Assembly (NCBI GenBank): GCA_963768855.1 | Contig: CAVYJM010000006.1 | Span: 672,001 to 736,000 of the forward strand | Reading direction: 5' to 3' | Source of the DNA: an uncultured Thermoplasmata archaeon | GTDB taxonomy: Archaea; Thermoplasmatota; Thermoplasmata; RBG-16-68-12 | DNA: 64,000 nucleotides | Shown: positions 19,789-29,183 of the stretch, piece by piece | Position numbering within the stretch: position 1 is the stretch's first letter | How the letters are laid out: each line of letters opens with the position of its first letter | Made by a program: the position numbers and the translations under genes | Notes under the pieces: model-generated | Databases searched by the model: none | Seen by the model: the letters and a program-made list of their open reading frames with translations, nothing else | What the model was told of the DNA's origin: nothing

Positions 19789-22700
19789 GTGAGCGGGTAC
19801 CTGCGGGACAGCCAGCTGCGGAGGCAGCTGGAGGACAAGGTCAACGAGGCCAAGCGTACGCGCCAGTCCGCCGAGGACGGGCTGAAGCTCGCCCAGGAAG
19901 TCCTCGAGGCCGCGCGCAAGATCGACGCGAACGTCGTCGAGGCGGAGAAAGTCCTCGCCGAAGCGACCGCCGCGATGGGGGCGAAGGACTACAAGCTCGC
20001 CGCGGACAAGGCCGCCGAGGCGACCGAGCGCGGGAAGCGGATCCACCGCGAACATGCGTCCGCGATCATCGAGTCCGGCGCCGGGCTTGCGGCGCTCGCC
20101 AAGGGCGTCGGCGCGGACGTCTCCGAGGTGGAAGGCAGCCTCGCGAAGGCTCGCGACGCTCTCGAGGCCGACAGGCTCGAAGAGGCGGTCGACTTCGCGA
20201 AGAAGTCGTGGAAGCGGAGCGAGAAGGTCCTCTCCGAGCACCTGTCGTCCAGCTTCTCGAAGGTCCAGGCGCTCATCCTCTCGGCGAAGAACCTCGGCCG
20301 GGACATCACGCCCATGGAGGACCTCCTCTCCCGCGCGCGCACGGCCGTGGAGGGCAACAACTTCGCATCCGCGCTCGATTTCACGAAGGAAGGGCTTGAG
20401 ATGATCACGGAGGACCTGACCTCCGCGCTCAACAAGGAGACGCGCGAGGCGGAGGACCTCCTCAAGACGGCCCAGGAGCTCGGGGCCGACGTCACGAAGG
20501 CGACGACGTTCCTCGAGCGGGCGCGCTCCGACGTCGCGAACCTCGAGTTCGAGAAGGCGAACAACGCGGTCCGCCAGAGCCGCGCGGAATCGGAGAAGGC
20601 CCTCCAGCGCAGCCTCGAGGGAAAGCTGACCGACTTCACCAAGTTCATCCAGGAGGCCCGGGCGATCGGCGCGGATCCCGGCCCCGCGGAGGGACACTTC
20701 GCGAAGGCCCAGGAGTCCCTGAAGCAGGGCAACTACAAGGCGGGCGCGCAGTTCGCCAAGCAGGGCTTCCAGGCGCTCCAGGACGCGCAGTTCCAACGGG
20801 TCGTCGGGAGCATCGGCGCGTCGCGCGAGAAGTTCGTCGCGGCCGTCAACCTCGGCATCGACCTCAAGGATCCGCTCAACGACCTGGGCAACGCCCGGGC
20901 CGCGCTCCAGCGGGGTGCCTTCCGCGAGGCTCTCGAGTGGGCTCGCAAGGCCGACGAGGTCGTCGACGCGACGGTCGCCCAGTACCGCGCCGCCCAGGAG
21001 CGGCTCAAGACGCTCCACCGCGCATTCGCGGAGGCCGAGGCCCGCGGGGTCGATACAACGCCTGCCCGCCGGCTCGCGGAGAAGGCCCGCGACGCGTACC
21101 AGCAGCACGATCTGGCCGCTCTGGAGGCCGCGGTCGACGCGGCCCACGAGGAGCTGCGCAAGTCCGAACGCGAGCAGGTCATGCGCACGATCGAGCGGGC
21201 GGAGTTCATCCTCACGGTCGGCGAGCAGAGCGGCGCCGATCTCTCCGAGGCCTCGCGCCTCCTGGAGGACGCGATCGTCGCCACGAAGGCGAACGAGCAC
21301 AAGCGGGCGCTGGACCTGGTCGGACAGGTCGAAGTCAAGGCTGAGGCGACGCTCGAGAAGCACGTCGGCGACCGAACCGCCACCTTGCGAAATGCCCTGC
21401 CCCATCTCGGGGACGCGGGAGCCGAGCTGAAGACGATCATCTCCCGAACCGACGCCGCGATGGCCGCGCACGACTTCGAGGCCGCGTTCAAGGGCCTCGA
21501 GGAGGGCCGCCGCTTCGTCGAGGAGCACACGCGATCCCTGGCGGAGCAGATGATCGGATCGCTCGGCCTCGCCGTCCAGATGGGCGTCGATTTCGGGATC
21601 AGCGTCCAGTCCGAGGAGTCCCTGTACCGGGAGCTCAATGAGTCCCTCGGCGCAGGGAAGGTCGCGGAGATCATGGCGTCGCGGGAACGGGTGCAGACCG
21701 CCCTCGCGAGCGCGTCGGAGAATCTTCTGGCCCAGGTCAAGGCGCGCATCGCCCAGGCCGAGGGCCTCCGGATCGACACGGACGAGATGTCCGACTCCCT
21801 GAAGCGCGCCGAGCTGGGACTCCGCACCGGAAGTTACGCGGAGGGGCTCGAGCTCCTGAAACAGGCGGGCGACCGCGCGAACAAGGCGACGGCCCTGCAC
21901 CGCCAGGCCCATGACGCGCTCTCCGGCGCGGCGGCGTTCATCGCGGAGGCGCGCAAGCACAACGTCGACGTCACGAAGATCGTGGAGGTCCTCGTGGACG
22001 CGAAGAAGGCGTTCGAGCGCCTCGATTACGTCCAGACGATCGAGCTGTCCGCCCGCGCGAAGGCGGACACGGCGAGGCTCACGGTCCTCTATTCCTCGGC
22101 GCAGAAGATCCTCTCGAACAAGGAGAAGATGGAGGTGGGCAGCCGCCTCGGGATCGACGCGCCCCACCTGCGCGAGCTCGCCTCGGAAGCGAAAGAGGCG
22201 ATGAAGGCGAAGGAGTACGACCGGTCGCTCGAGCTCGCGAGCCGTGCGGACGACGAGTTCGCCTCCTTGATCCGGGAGAAGATCGCCGCCCTCCTCACGA
22301 CCTCCCAGTCCATCCTCGGATCCGTCGAGGGGGTGAACCTCGCGACGGTCAACGACGAGGTGATCCGGGCCCGCCAGTCGCTCGAGACGGGCGATCTGCC
22401 CCGGGCCGCGGACCTCGCCCTCCACCTCCGGGAGACGCTCGAACGGCTCAAGAAGCAGGGCGAGGAAGCCGACGTCGCGATCCAACGGGTCCGGGAGTCC
22501 GCCACGGACGCGGAGGCGATGAACCTCGAGGTCCCGAACACCCGCGCGCTCCTCGAGAAGGCGGATCGCGCCTACCGGATGGGGCAGTTCGAGGAGGCGA
22601 TGGACCACGCCGCCCAGGCCGAGGCGGCGGTCTCGCGGGAGCGGGACCAGGGAATCGCCGGCATGATGCAGAGGTTCGAGGAATCGATCGCCCGCGCCCG

Positions 22701-24276
22701 CAAGGAGGGAACGGACACCCGCTCCGCCGAGAAGCTGTTCGAGCGCTCGCGGGAGTTCTTCCGTGCGAAGAAGTACCGCCAGGCCCTCGCAACGGCCCTG
22801 CAGAGTGAGGCCGAGGCGGAGCGAGTAGCGCTCCAGCAGGGAATGGCTTCCCAGGCCGTTGCCACGATCGAGGGCAAGCTCCGCTCCCTGGGTCGGCCCG
22901 CGCCCTCCGTCGAGCGGGTCAGCGAGGAGTCTCGCCGCGCCCTCGCCGGCGGCGACTATGTGAAGGCGCTGGATCTCGCGATCCGCGCCTCGGACGCCAT
23001 GGCAGAGTTCCGCGCGGCCTTCGAGGAGGTCCAGGAGGTCCGGGTCCACGCGTCCGCCCTGCGCCAGACCGCGCGAGAGATCGGTGCCGAGGCGGACAAG
23101 CTGGACCGCTTCATCCAGGAAGGCGACGCGGCGCTCTCGGCCGGCGACATCGAGTCCGCCCGCGCATCGTTCTCGCAGAGCCTCGAATGGGGCATCGGGC
23201 TCGTTCGGGCCCATCTCAAGGAATCCCTCTCCAGGGCGGACGAGCTCGTGGCCGTCTGCCGCAAGCTCGAGATCGACCCGACGCCCGTCCTGAACAAGCT
23301 CTCGGAGGCGCGAACGCAGATCGAGTCGGAGAACTTCGCCGCTGCCCACGCGCGGATCGCCGAGGGCCAGGAGGTCGCGCAGCGCGCCCTCGGTGCCCGG
23401 CTCAACCGGACCCTGGCGGACGCCGCCGAGAATGTGGCCCACGCGAAGAAGCTCGGGTCCGACGCCCGCAACGCGGAGGACCTGCTCCGGCAGGCGAACG
23501 AGAAGGTCTCGCGGGGCGAGTACGAATCGGCCCTCGAGGCCGTGGGGCGTGCGGTCGAGCACGTCGAGAGCGCGAAGCTCGTCGAGAAGCGCTTCGTCGA
23601 TCTCACCTTCAAGGCCGAGACGACCATCCGGAACGGGAAGAAATACGGCATCGACATGCACGCGGCGGAGAGGCGCCTCGCCGAGTCGATGGACCTTCGC
23701 CGGCGGGACATCGCGGACGGCCTGAAGGCCGCCGAGGACGCGTACCGGCTGGCTTGGGACGCGGTCGAGGCGTTCGCCCCGAACCTGAAGGGATCCCTCG
23801 AGGTCGGCCCCGCGAAGCTCAACCAGCCGACGGATGCGACGCTCACCCTGGAGAACGTGGGTAAGGGACTCGCGAAGGACGTCCACGTGAGGATCCTCGG
23901 CGACGCGGAGGCGGAGGGCCTCCCGGAGCTCGCCGCCCTGCGCGCGCACGGCCGCGAGGTCCTGACGTTCAAGCTGAAGATGACCGCCCCGGGCTCCGTG
24001 CCGCTGGCGATCCAGCTCGTCTCCCACCGCGTGTTCGACGACAAGGAGTATGTCCAGGAGACGATCGCCCAGGTCGACGTGGCGGAGACCCTCCAGGAGC
24101 GGCCGAAGAAGCTCCTCGCGGACCTCGAGTCCCGTTGCCCGATCTGCAAGGGCGCCATCAAGAAGGGGTTCAAGGTCCTCCAGTGCGCGTGCGGCCGCGA
24201 CTTCCACGAGCTGTGCGCGTCCCGCGTCGGTCGCTGCCCGGTCTGCTTCCGGCCCCTCGGGAACCCCACGGAGTGA
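19789..24276 (+). CDS. large helical-repeat protein with C-terminal Ig-like domain and C4HC3 RING/PHD-like finger
   Basis: About 20-21 repeats of roughly 64 aa (G-x-D...A..L..A..A...G.Y..A), a beta-rich segment (LENVGKGLAKDVHVRILG), and terminal CPIC-x12-CAC-x4-H-x2-C-x6-CPVC. Confidence 0.8.
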   Translation: MSGYLRDSQLRRQLEDKVNEAKRTRQSAEDGLKLAQEVLEAARKIDANVVEAEKVLAEATAAMGAKDYKLAADKAAEATERGKRIHREHASAIIESGAGLAALAKGVGADVSEVEGSLAKARDALEADRLEEAVDFAKKSWKRSEKVLSEHLSSSFSKVQALILSAKNLGRDITPMEDLLSRARTAVEGNNFASALDFTKEGLEMITEDLTSALNKETREAEDLLKTAQELGADVTKATTFLERARSDVANLEFEKANNAVRQSRAESEKALQRSLEGKLTDFTKFIQEARAIGADPGPAEGHFAKAQESLKQGNYKAGAQFAKQGFQALQDAQFQRVVGSIGASREKFVAAVNLGIDLKDPLNDLGNARAALQRGAFREALEWARKADEVVDATVAQYRAAQERLKTLHRAFAEAEARGVDTTPARRLAEKARDAYQQHDLAALEAAVDAAHEELRKSEREQVMRTIERAEFILTVGEQSGADLSEASRLLEDAIVATKANEHKRALDLVGQVEVKAEATLEKHVGDRTATLRNALPHLGDAGAELKTIISRTDAAMAAHDFEAAFKGLEEGRRFVEEHTRSLAEQMIGSLGLAVQMGVDFGISVQSEESLYRELNESLGAGKVAEIMASRERVQTALASASENLLAQVKARIAQAEGLRIDTDEMSDSLKRAELGLRTGSYAEGLELLKQAGDRANKATALHRQAHDALSGAAAFIAEARKHNVDVTKIVEVLVDAKKAFERLDYVQTIELSARAKADTARLTVLYSSAQKILSNKEKMEVGSRLGIDAPHLRELASEAKEAMKAKEYDRSLELASRADDEFASLIREKIAALLTTSQSILGSVEGVNLATVNDEVIRARQSLETGDLPRAADLALHLRETLERLKKQGEEADVAIQRVRESATDAEAMNLEVPNTRALLEKADRAYRMGQFEEAMDHAAQAEAAVSRERDQGIAGMMQRFEESIARARKEGTDTRSAEKLFERSREFFRAKKYRQALATALQSEAEAERVALQQGMASQAVATIEGKLRSLGRPAPSVERVSEESRRALAGGDYVKALDLAIRASDAMAEFRAAFEEVQEVRVHASALRQTAREIGAEADKLDRFIQEGDAALSAGDIESARASFSQSLEWGIGLVRAHLKESLSRADELVAVCRKLEIDPTPVLNKLSEARTQIESENFAAAHARIAEGQEVAQRALGARLNRTLADAAENVAHAKKLGSDARNAEDLLRQANEKVSRGEYESALEAVGRAVEHVESAKLVEKRFVDLTFKAETTIRNGKKYGIDMHAAERRLAESMDLRRRDIADGLKAAEDAYRLAWDAVEAFAPNLKGSLEVGPAKLNQPTDATLTLENVGKGLAKDVHVRILGDAEAEGLPELAALRAHGREVLTFKLKMTAPGSVPLAIQLVSHRVFDDKEYVQETIAQVDVAETLQERPKKLLADLESRCPICKGAIKKGFKVLQCACGRDFHELCASRVGRCPVCFRPLGNPTE

Positions 24277-25800
24277 TCAGTCCAACCGTCCCGCGGCCTT
24301 CTCCGCCGCGGAGACGATCTCCCCGGTCCGCATCCAGTCCAGGATCTGCTCGACATCGGCGGACATCGTGCGGTCGTCCTCGAGGGGTGGGACCCGCGTC
24401 CGGATGAGGGCGTGGGCGGCCCGCGGTCCGCGTCCCGCCTTCAGGGGGCGCAGGAACTCCAGGCCCTGCGCGGCGGTCAGGTACTCCAGCGCGACGACCC
24501 GCTGGGCGTTCTCGAGGGCGGTCCGCGCCTTGAGCGCGGCGGCCATGCCCATCGGCACGTAGTCCTCTTGGTTCGCGGAGGTCGGGATGGAGTCCGCCGA
24601 GGCAGGGTGGGCGAGGACCTTGTTGTCGCTCGCGTACCCGGCCGCCACGTACTGCGCGACCATCATCCCCGTGTTCAGGCCCCCGCGCGTCGTCAGGAAC
24701 GCGGGGAGTTCGCTCAGCCGGCCGTCGACGAGACGGGCCGTGCGCCGCTCGGAGAAACCGGCGAGGACGGCCATCGCGAGCGCGAGATGGTCGAGCGCCA
24801 TCGCGACGGCTTGGCCGTGGAAGTTGCCCCCGCTCAGGCTCTCCACCTCCTCCGGGAAGAGAAGGGGGTTGTCCGTCGCGGAGTTCATCTCGATCCCCAC
24901 GGCCTCCTCCGCGAATCCGATTCCGGCGCGGCACGCGCCGAGGACCTGCGGGATGCACCGCAGCGAATACGGGTCCTGGACGCGGTGGGGACCGCGGTGG
25001 GATGAGATGATCTCGCTGTCCTTCAGGAGCCGGCGCATGTTCGCCGCGACCTCCCGAGCGCCCGGTTGGGGCTTGAGCCGGATGTAGCGGTCGTCGTAGG
25101 GCACGGGGGAGCCGCGCAGGGCCTCAAACGAAAGGGAGGCGGCGAGCTGGGCGTCCTGGAGCAGGCCGAACCCGTCGTGGACGGCGAGCGCCCCTACCGC
25201 GGTCATCACGGACGTGCCGTTGATCAGGGCGAGGCCTTCCTTCGGTTCCAGCTCGATCGGCTCGAGGCCGGCCCGGTCGAGCGCCTGCGCACCGTCGAGG
25301 ATCTTGCCCTCGAGCTCCGCGGCGCCCTCCCCGATGAGCACGAGGCCCAGATGGGCCAGAGGCGCGAGGTCCCCGCTCGCGCCGAGCGATCCGCGGGAGG
25401 GCATGACCGGGTGGACGCCGTGGTTCAGCATCTCGAGGAGCAGGCTGACGACGGCCCGCCGGACGCCCGAGTGCCCCTTCGACAGCGTGTTCGCACGGAG
25501 GAGGAGCGCACCCCGGACGATCTCCGGAGGCAGCGGATCTCCGAGGCCCACCGCGGTGCTCCTCAGGAGGTTGACCTGGAGCCGCTTCGCGTCCGCGTCG
25601 GAGATGACGACGTGTTCGAGGGCCCCGAACCCGGTCTTGATGCCGTACGCCACGGTCCCCGCGGCGAGGATCTTCTCGAGGGTGCGCCGCCCCTCGTCGA
25701 CGCGCCTCGCGGCACCCGGAGCCAGGCGGACCTTCTCCCGGTCCCGCGCGACCCGGACGAGGTCGTCGACCTCGAGGGAATGTCCGTCGATGGAGAGCAT
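24277..25800 (-). CDS. hutH: histidine ammonia-lyase
   Basis: GSLGASGDLAPLAH (MIO-forming ASG), EGLALINGT, QDPYSLRC, NSATDNP, GGNFHG. Confidence 0.95.
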   Translation of the reverse strand: MLSIDGHSLEVDDLVRVARDREKVRLAPGAARRVDEGRRTLEKILAAGTVAYGIKTGFGALEHVVISDADAKRLQVNLLRSTAVGLGDPLPPEIVRGALLLRANTLSKGHSGVRRAVVSLLLEMLNHGVHPVMPSRGSLGASGDLAPLAHLGLVLIGEGAAELEGKILDGAQALDRAGLEPIELEPKEGLALINGTSVMTAVGALAVHDGFGLLQDAQLAASLSFEALRGSPVPYDDRYIRLKPQPGAREVAANMRRLLKDSEIISSHRGPHRVQDPYSLRCIPQVLGACRAGIGFAEEAVGIEMNSATDNPLLFPEEVESLSGGNFHGQAVAMALDHLALAMAVLAGFSERRTARLVDGRLSELPAFLTTRGGLNTGMMVAQYVAAGYASDNKVLAHPASADSIPTSANQEDYVPMGMAAALKARTALENAQRVVALEYLTAAQGLEFLRPLKAGRGPRAAHALIRTRVPPLEDDRTMSADVEQILDWMRTGEIVSAAEKAAGRLD

Positions 25801-25898
25801 GGGCCGCCTCGCGCGGGCAACTCCCCCGCGGCGTTAAAGCTTTGGCGCGCCTCCCCGCCAAAGGCGTTAAGCCCGCCGGGGCCATCGGGACCGAGTCC

Positions 25899-26807
25899 AT
25901 GCAAATCGTCTTCCTCGGGACCTCGGGCTCGTGGCCCACGCCGAAGCGCAACGTGAGCGCGATTGCGATCAAGCGCGGCCCCGAGGTCCTCCTGTTCGAC
26001 TGCGGCGAGGGCACCCAGCGGCAGTTCATGGTCTCGAAGCTGAGCTTCATGCAGGTGTCCCGCGTTTTCCTGACCCACTTCCACGGGGATCACTTCCTCG
26101 GGCTCCCGGGGCTGTTCCAGAGCATGAACTTCTTCGGACGCGAGGCGGCCCTCGAGGTCTATGGCCCCGCAGGATGCGAGAGCCTCGTCACGGAGCTGCT
26201 CTCCCTGGGACACTTCCGGGCGGGCTATCCGGTGAAGGCGCGGGACCTCGCCCCCGGGGAGCGCGTCGACGGCGGCGAGTACGAGGTGACCGCCTTCGAG
26301 GCGGTCCACACCGTGCCCGGCCTCAGCTACGTCCTCGAGGAGAAGGAGCGCCCCGGCCGCTTCGATCTCGAGGCGGCGAAAGCCCTCGGCGTCCCTGCGG
26401 GCCCGCTGTACAGCCGCCTCCAGGAGGGCCAGCCGGTCACGGTCGGCGGCAAGACGGTCCGGCCCGAGCAGGTCCTGGGCCCGCCTCGGCGCGGGCGCAA
26501 GATCGTCTACACGGGGGACTCGATGCCCCACGCGGGTCTCGTGACGATGGCCCAGGGGGCCGACGTCCTGATCCACGACGCCACATCGGACACCGCACTC
26601 GAGGAGAAGGCGAACCGCTACGGGCATTCGTCCTCGCGGCAGGCCGCGCAGGTCGCACGGCAGGCCGGGGTCGGACTCCTCGTCCTCACTCATCTGAGCC
26701 CGCGCTACGAGGACCCGTCCGTGATCCTCCAGGACGCCAGCGCGGTCTTCGAAAACGTGCGCCTCGCGGACGATTTCATGGAGATCGAGGTCCCGTACCC
26801 CGACTAG
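25899..26807 (+). CDS. rnz: ribonuclease Z
   Basis: FLGTSG, FDCGEGTQ, THFHGDH, exosite PAGP, YTGDS, HSS, THLSPRY. Confidence 0.96.
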   Translation: MQIVFLGTSGSWPTPKRNVSAIAIKRGPEVLLFDCGEGTQRQFMVSKLSFMQVSRVFLTHFHGDHFLGLPGLFQSMNFFGREAALEVYGPAGCESLVTELLSLGHFRAGYPVKARDLAPGERVDGGEYEVTAFEAVHTVPGLSYVLEEKERPGRFDLEAAKALGVPAGPLYSRLQEGQPVTVGGKTVRPEQVLGPPRRGRKIVYTGDSMPHAGLVTMAQGADVLIHDATSDTALEEKANRYGHSSSRQAAQVARQAGVGLLVLTHLSPRYEDPSVILQDASAVFENVRLADDFMEIEVPYPD

Positions 26808-27046
26808 GCCGTCGCCATCTCCGCGTGCGTGTCCCGGACGAATCCCGCGAGCTCGGACTGGGCCCCCTCCACGTAGGCGGCCACCCGCCGTTCGATCTCT
26901 TGGCGGGCGCGGGGGTTCCTCGCCGGGCCGACGTATTCCTCCATCTGCTCCCGCCGGCCTCCCCGGGATTCGTAGTGCCAGAAGTACAGGTAGGGCCGCC
27001 CGTGGATCGTCTTCTCGCAGTACCCGCATCCGAGCATCATGGGCAC
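26804..27046 (-). CDS. small hypothetical protein, possible nucleic-acid-binding domain
   Basis: 80 aa. GRPYLYFWHYE...EEYVGP followed by an amphipathic helix. Stop overlaps the rnz stop. Confidence 0.6.
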   Translation of the reverse strand: MPMMLGCGYCEKTIHGRPYLYFWHYESRGGRREQMEEYVGPARNPRARQEIERRVAAYVEGAQSELAGFVRDTHAEMATA

Positions 27047-27080
27047 ACCATCGGAGGGATAACGCGGCCCGGGGCTTCAA

Positions 27081-27102
27081 GTTATCGTTGAATAACGATA
27101 AC
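27081..27102. promoter_or_regulatory. perfect 9-4-9 inverted repeat, putative operator
   Basis: GTTATCGTT-gaat-AACGATAAC, 35-56 nt upstream of the 26804..27046 gene. Confidence 0.6.
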
Positions 27103-27148
27103 AAGCCGGTCGCGATGCCGACGGTCGCCCGGCGGACCCCCGCCCGGC

Positions 27149-27709
27149 TCACAGGAGCTTCATCAGGTCCGACTTGGTCACGATGCCCGTGACCTCGCCC
27201 TTGCTCGTGACGAGCACGGCGTTGTAGTGCCGGAGCAGCCCGGCCGCGAGCTCGACGGGCGCCTTCGAGTCGATCTGGGGGAAGGCGGGCTCCATGACCT
27301 CCTCGACGCGGATCCGCGCGAGGTCCTTCGGGTCCTTCCCAGACAGGATCAGGTTGTTGATCACCTTGTCCGAGATCGATCCGACCGGGAGGCCGTTGTT
27401 CATCACGGGCATCTGGGAGAACTTCCAGTGGCGCATCTCGTCCACCGCGGTCTCCAGGGGCAGCTTCGCCTCGACGTACTGGACCTTGCGCGTCTGCACC
27501 TGGTCGACGAGGGCCTTCTTCTCCTGCTTCTTCAGCTCGGCCTGGAGCGCGTTGTACACGCGCCGGACGACGTCGTACGAGGGGTTCATCTGTTTCTTCT
27601 CGATCTTCACGATTGTCGACTGGCTCACGTTCGAAAGGCGGGCCAGCGCGGTCTGCGTGAGCCCGAGGGCCTTGCGCAGCCGCGGGATCTCCTCGAGGTC
27701 GGGCAGCAT
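27149..27709 (-). CDS. XRE-type HTH transcriptional regulator with CBS pair
   Basis: RLRKALGLTQTALARLSNVSQSTIVKIE, then two CBS repeats (FSQMPV..., GIVTKSDL). ATG at 27709. Confidence 0.9.
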   Translation of the reverse strand: MLPDLEEIPRLRKALGLTQTALARLSNVSQSTIVKIEKKQMNPSYDVVRRVYNALQAELKKQEKKALVDQVQTRKVQYVEAKLPLETAVDEMRHWKFSQMPVMNNGLPVGSISDKVINNLILSGKDPKDLARIRVEEVMEPAFPQIDSKAPVELAAGLLRHYNAVLVTSKGEVTGIVTKSDLMKLL

Positions 27710-27777
27710 CGAGCCGCGCACGGCGGAAGCCCTACATATTCCTGTCGGAATGTCCGGAGCGACAGGATATTCATTCG

Positions 27778-27845
27778 AATCGGAGTGGGCCCTATTCCGA
27801 TTGAGGAATAATTATGCCTCCCCCGTTATTCCTCGACCTCGGTCG
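27778..27845. promoter_or_regulatory. three successive inverted repeats in the divergent HTH-CBS / mat intergenic region
   Basis: AATCGGA-11-TCCGATT (27778-27802), GAGGAATAA-14-TTATTCCTC (27803-27834), CGACC-2-GGTCG (27834-27845). Confidence 0.5.
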
Positions 27846-27912
27846 CGGCCGTGGCAACAAAAGCCATATATCCCGCCACTCTCTCCGCGGCCTCACTTCC
27901 GGGGGGCCACTC

Positions 27913-29109
27913 TTGCCGCGGAACATTTCCGTCGAGGAACTCGTCCACACGCCGATTGAGGAACAGGGTACCGAGATCATCGAGAGGAAGGGCGTCGGCC
28001 ACCCCGACAGCATGATGGACGGGATCGCCGAGGCGGTCTCCCGCTCCCTCTGCAAGATGTACCTCGAGCGCTACGGCCGCATCCTGCACCACAACACGGA
28101 CCAGGGAGAGATCGTCGGCGGGCAGAGTGCCCCCCGGTTCGGCGGGGGGATCGTCCTCGAACCCGCGAACGTGATCCTCGTCGGCCGCGCGACAACGATG
28201 GTCAACAACGAGCGCCTCCCGTACCGGACGACCGCCGTGGAGGCGGCCCGGGATTATATCCGCAAGACGTGCTCGAGCCTCAACGTCGACGCGGACGTCA
28301 TCATCGACTGCAAGATCGGCCAGGGCTCCGTCGACCTGCGGGGACTGTACGACACGCAGAAGCAGCTCGCGAACGACACGTCCTTCGGCGTTGGCTTCGC
28401 GCCGTTCTCGCAGACGGAGAACCTGGTGTTGAAGACGGAGGAGCTCATCAACGGGCCGCTGAAGAAGGACCTCAAGGAGGTCGGCCAGGACATCAAGGTC
28501 ATGGGGGTGCGGAAGGGCAACGCAACCCGGCTCACGATCGCGGCGGCCATGGTGGACCGCTACATCCCCGACCGGGACCACTACCGCAGCGTCGTCGACG
28601 AGCTCCGGGAGCGCGTGCTCGACACCGCGGTCAAGCACACGGACCGCGAGGTCACGGTCGACATCAACACGGGCGACAACTACGGGGCCGGCATCTACTA
28701 CCTCACCGTCACGGGCCTCTCCTGGGAGAACGGGGACGACGGCAGCGTCGGCCGCGGGAACCGCGTGAGCGGACTCATCACGCCGTATCGGCCGATGTCC
28801 ATGGAGGCGGCCGCCGGCAAGAACCCGGTCACCCACGTCGGGAAGCTCTACAACCTCCTCTCCTTCGACATCGCCGAGCGCATCGTCAAGGAGAACCCGG
28901 GCAAGGTGAAGGAGGTCTGGGTGCGGATCGTCTCCCAGATCGGCAAGCCGATCGACGAGCCCCAGGCCGCGACGGCGCAGATCATCCCCGAGAAGGGGAC
29001 GAAGCTCGCCTCGATCAAGAAGGACGCGGAGAGCATCATCGACCAGGAGCTCTCCAAGATCTACAAGCTCACGGACCGGATCGTCGCAGGCAAGGCGCGC
29101 GTGTTCTAG
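27913..29109 (+). CDS. mat: archaeal-type S-adenosylmethionine synthetase
   Basis: [53 protein letters not shown] start at 27913 inferred. Confidence 0.95.
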   Translation: MPRNISVEELVHTPIEEQGTEIIERKGVGHPDSMMDGIAEAVSRSLCKMYLERYGRILHHNTDQGEIVGGQSAPRFGGGIVLEPANVILVGRATTMVNNERLPYRTTAVEAARDYIRKTCSSLNVDADVIIDCKIGQGSVDLRGLYDTQKQLANDTSFGVGFAPFSQTENLVLKTEELINGPLKKDLKEVGQDIKVMGVRKGNATRLTIAAAMVDRYIPDRDHYRSVVDELRERVLDTAVKHTDREVTVDINTGDNYGAGIYYLTVTGLSWENGDDGSVGRGNRVSGLITPYRPMSMEAAAGKNPVTHVGKLYNLLSFDIAERIVKENPGKVKEVWVRIVSQIGKPIDEPQAATAQIIPEKGTKLASIKKDAESIIDQELSKIYKLTDRIVAGKARVF

Positions 29110-29183
29110 GCGCGCGCCCGCGGTCCGCCGTCTTTGCCCAACATATTTATCCCGTGCGCCTCATCCTGCGCCGGGTTGGGGCC

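Noticed and set aside
19678-24207. 1509-aa minus-strand ORF, and similar long antisense ORFs opposite smc, srp54, the ABC genes and the ATPases
   Set aside because: Shadow ORFs from high-GC codon bias (L/V/G/R-rich, no motifs) opposite clearly recognisable genes.
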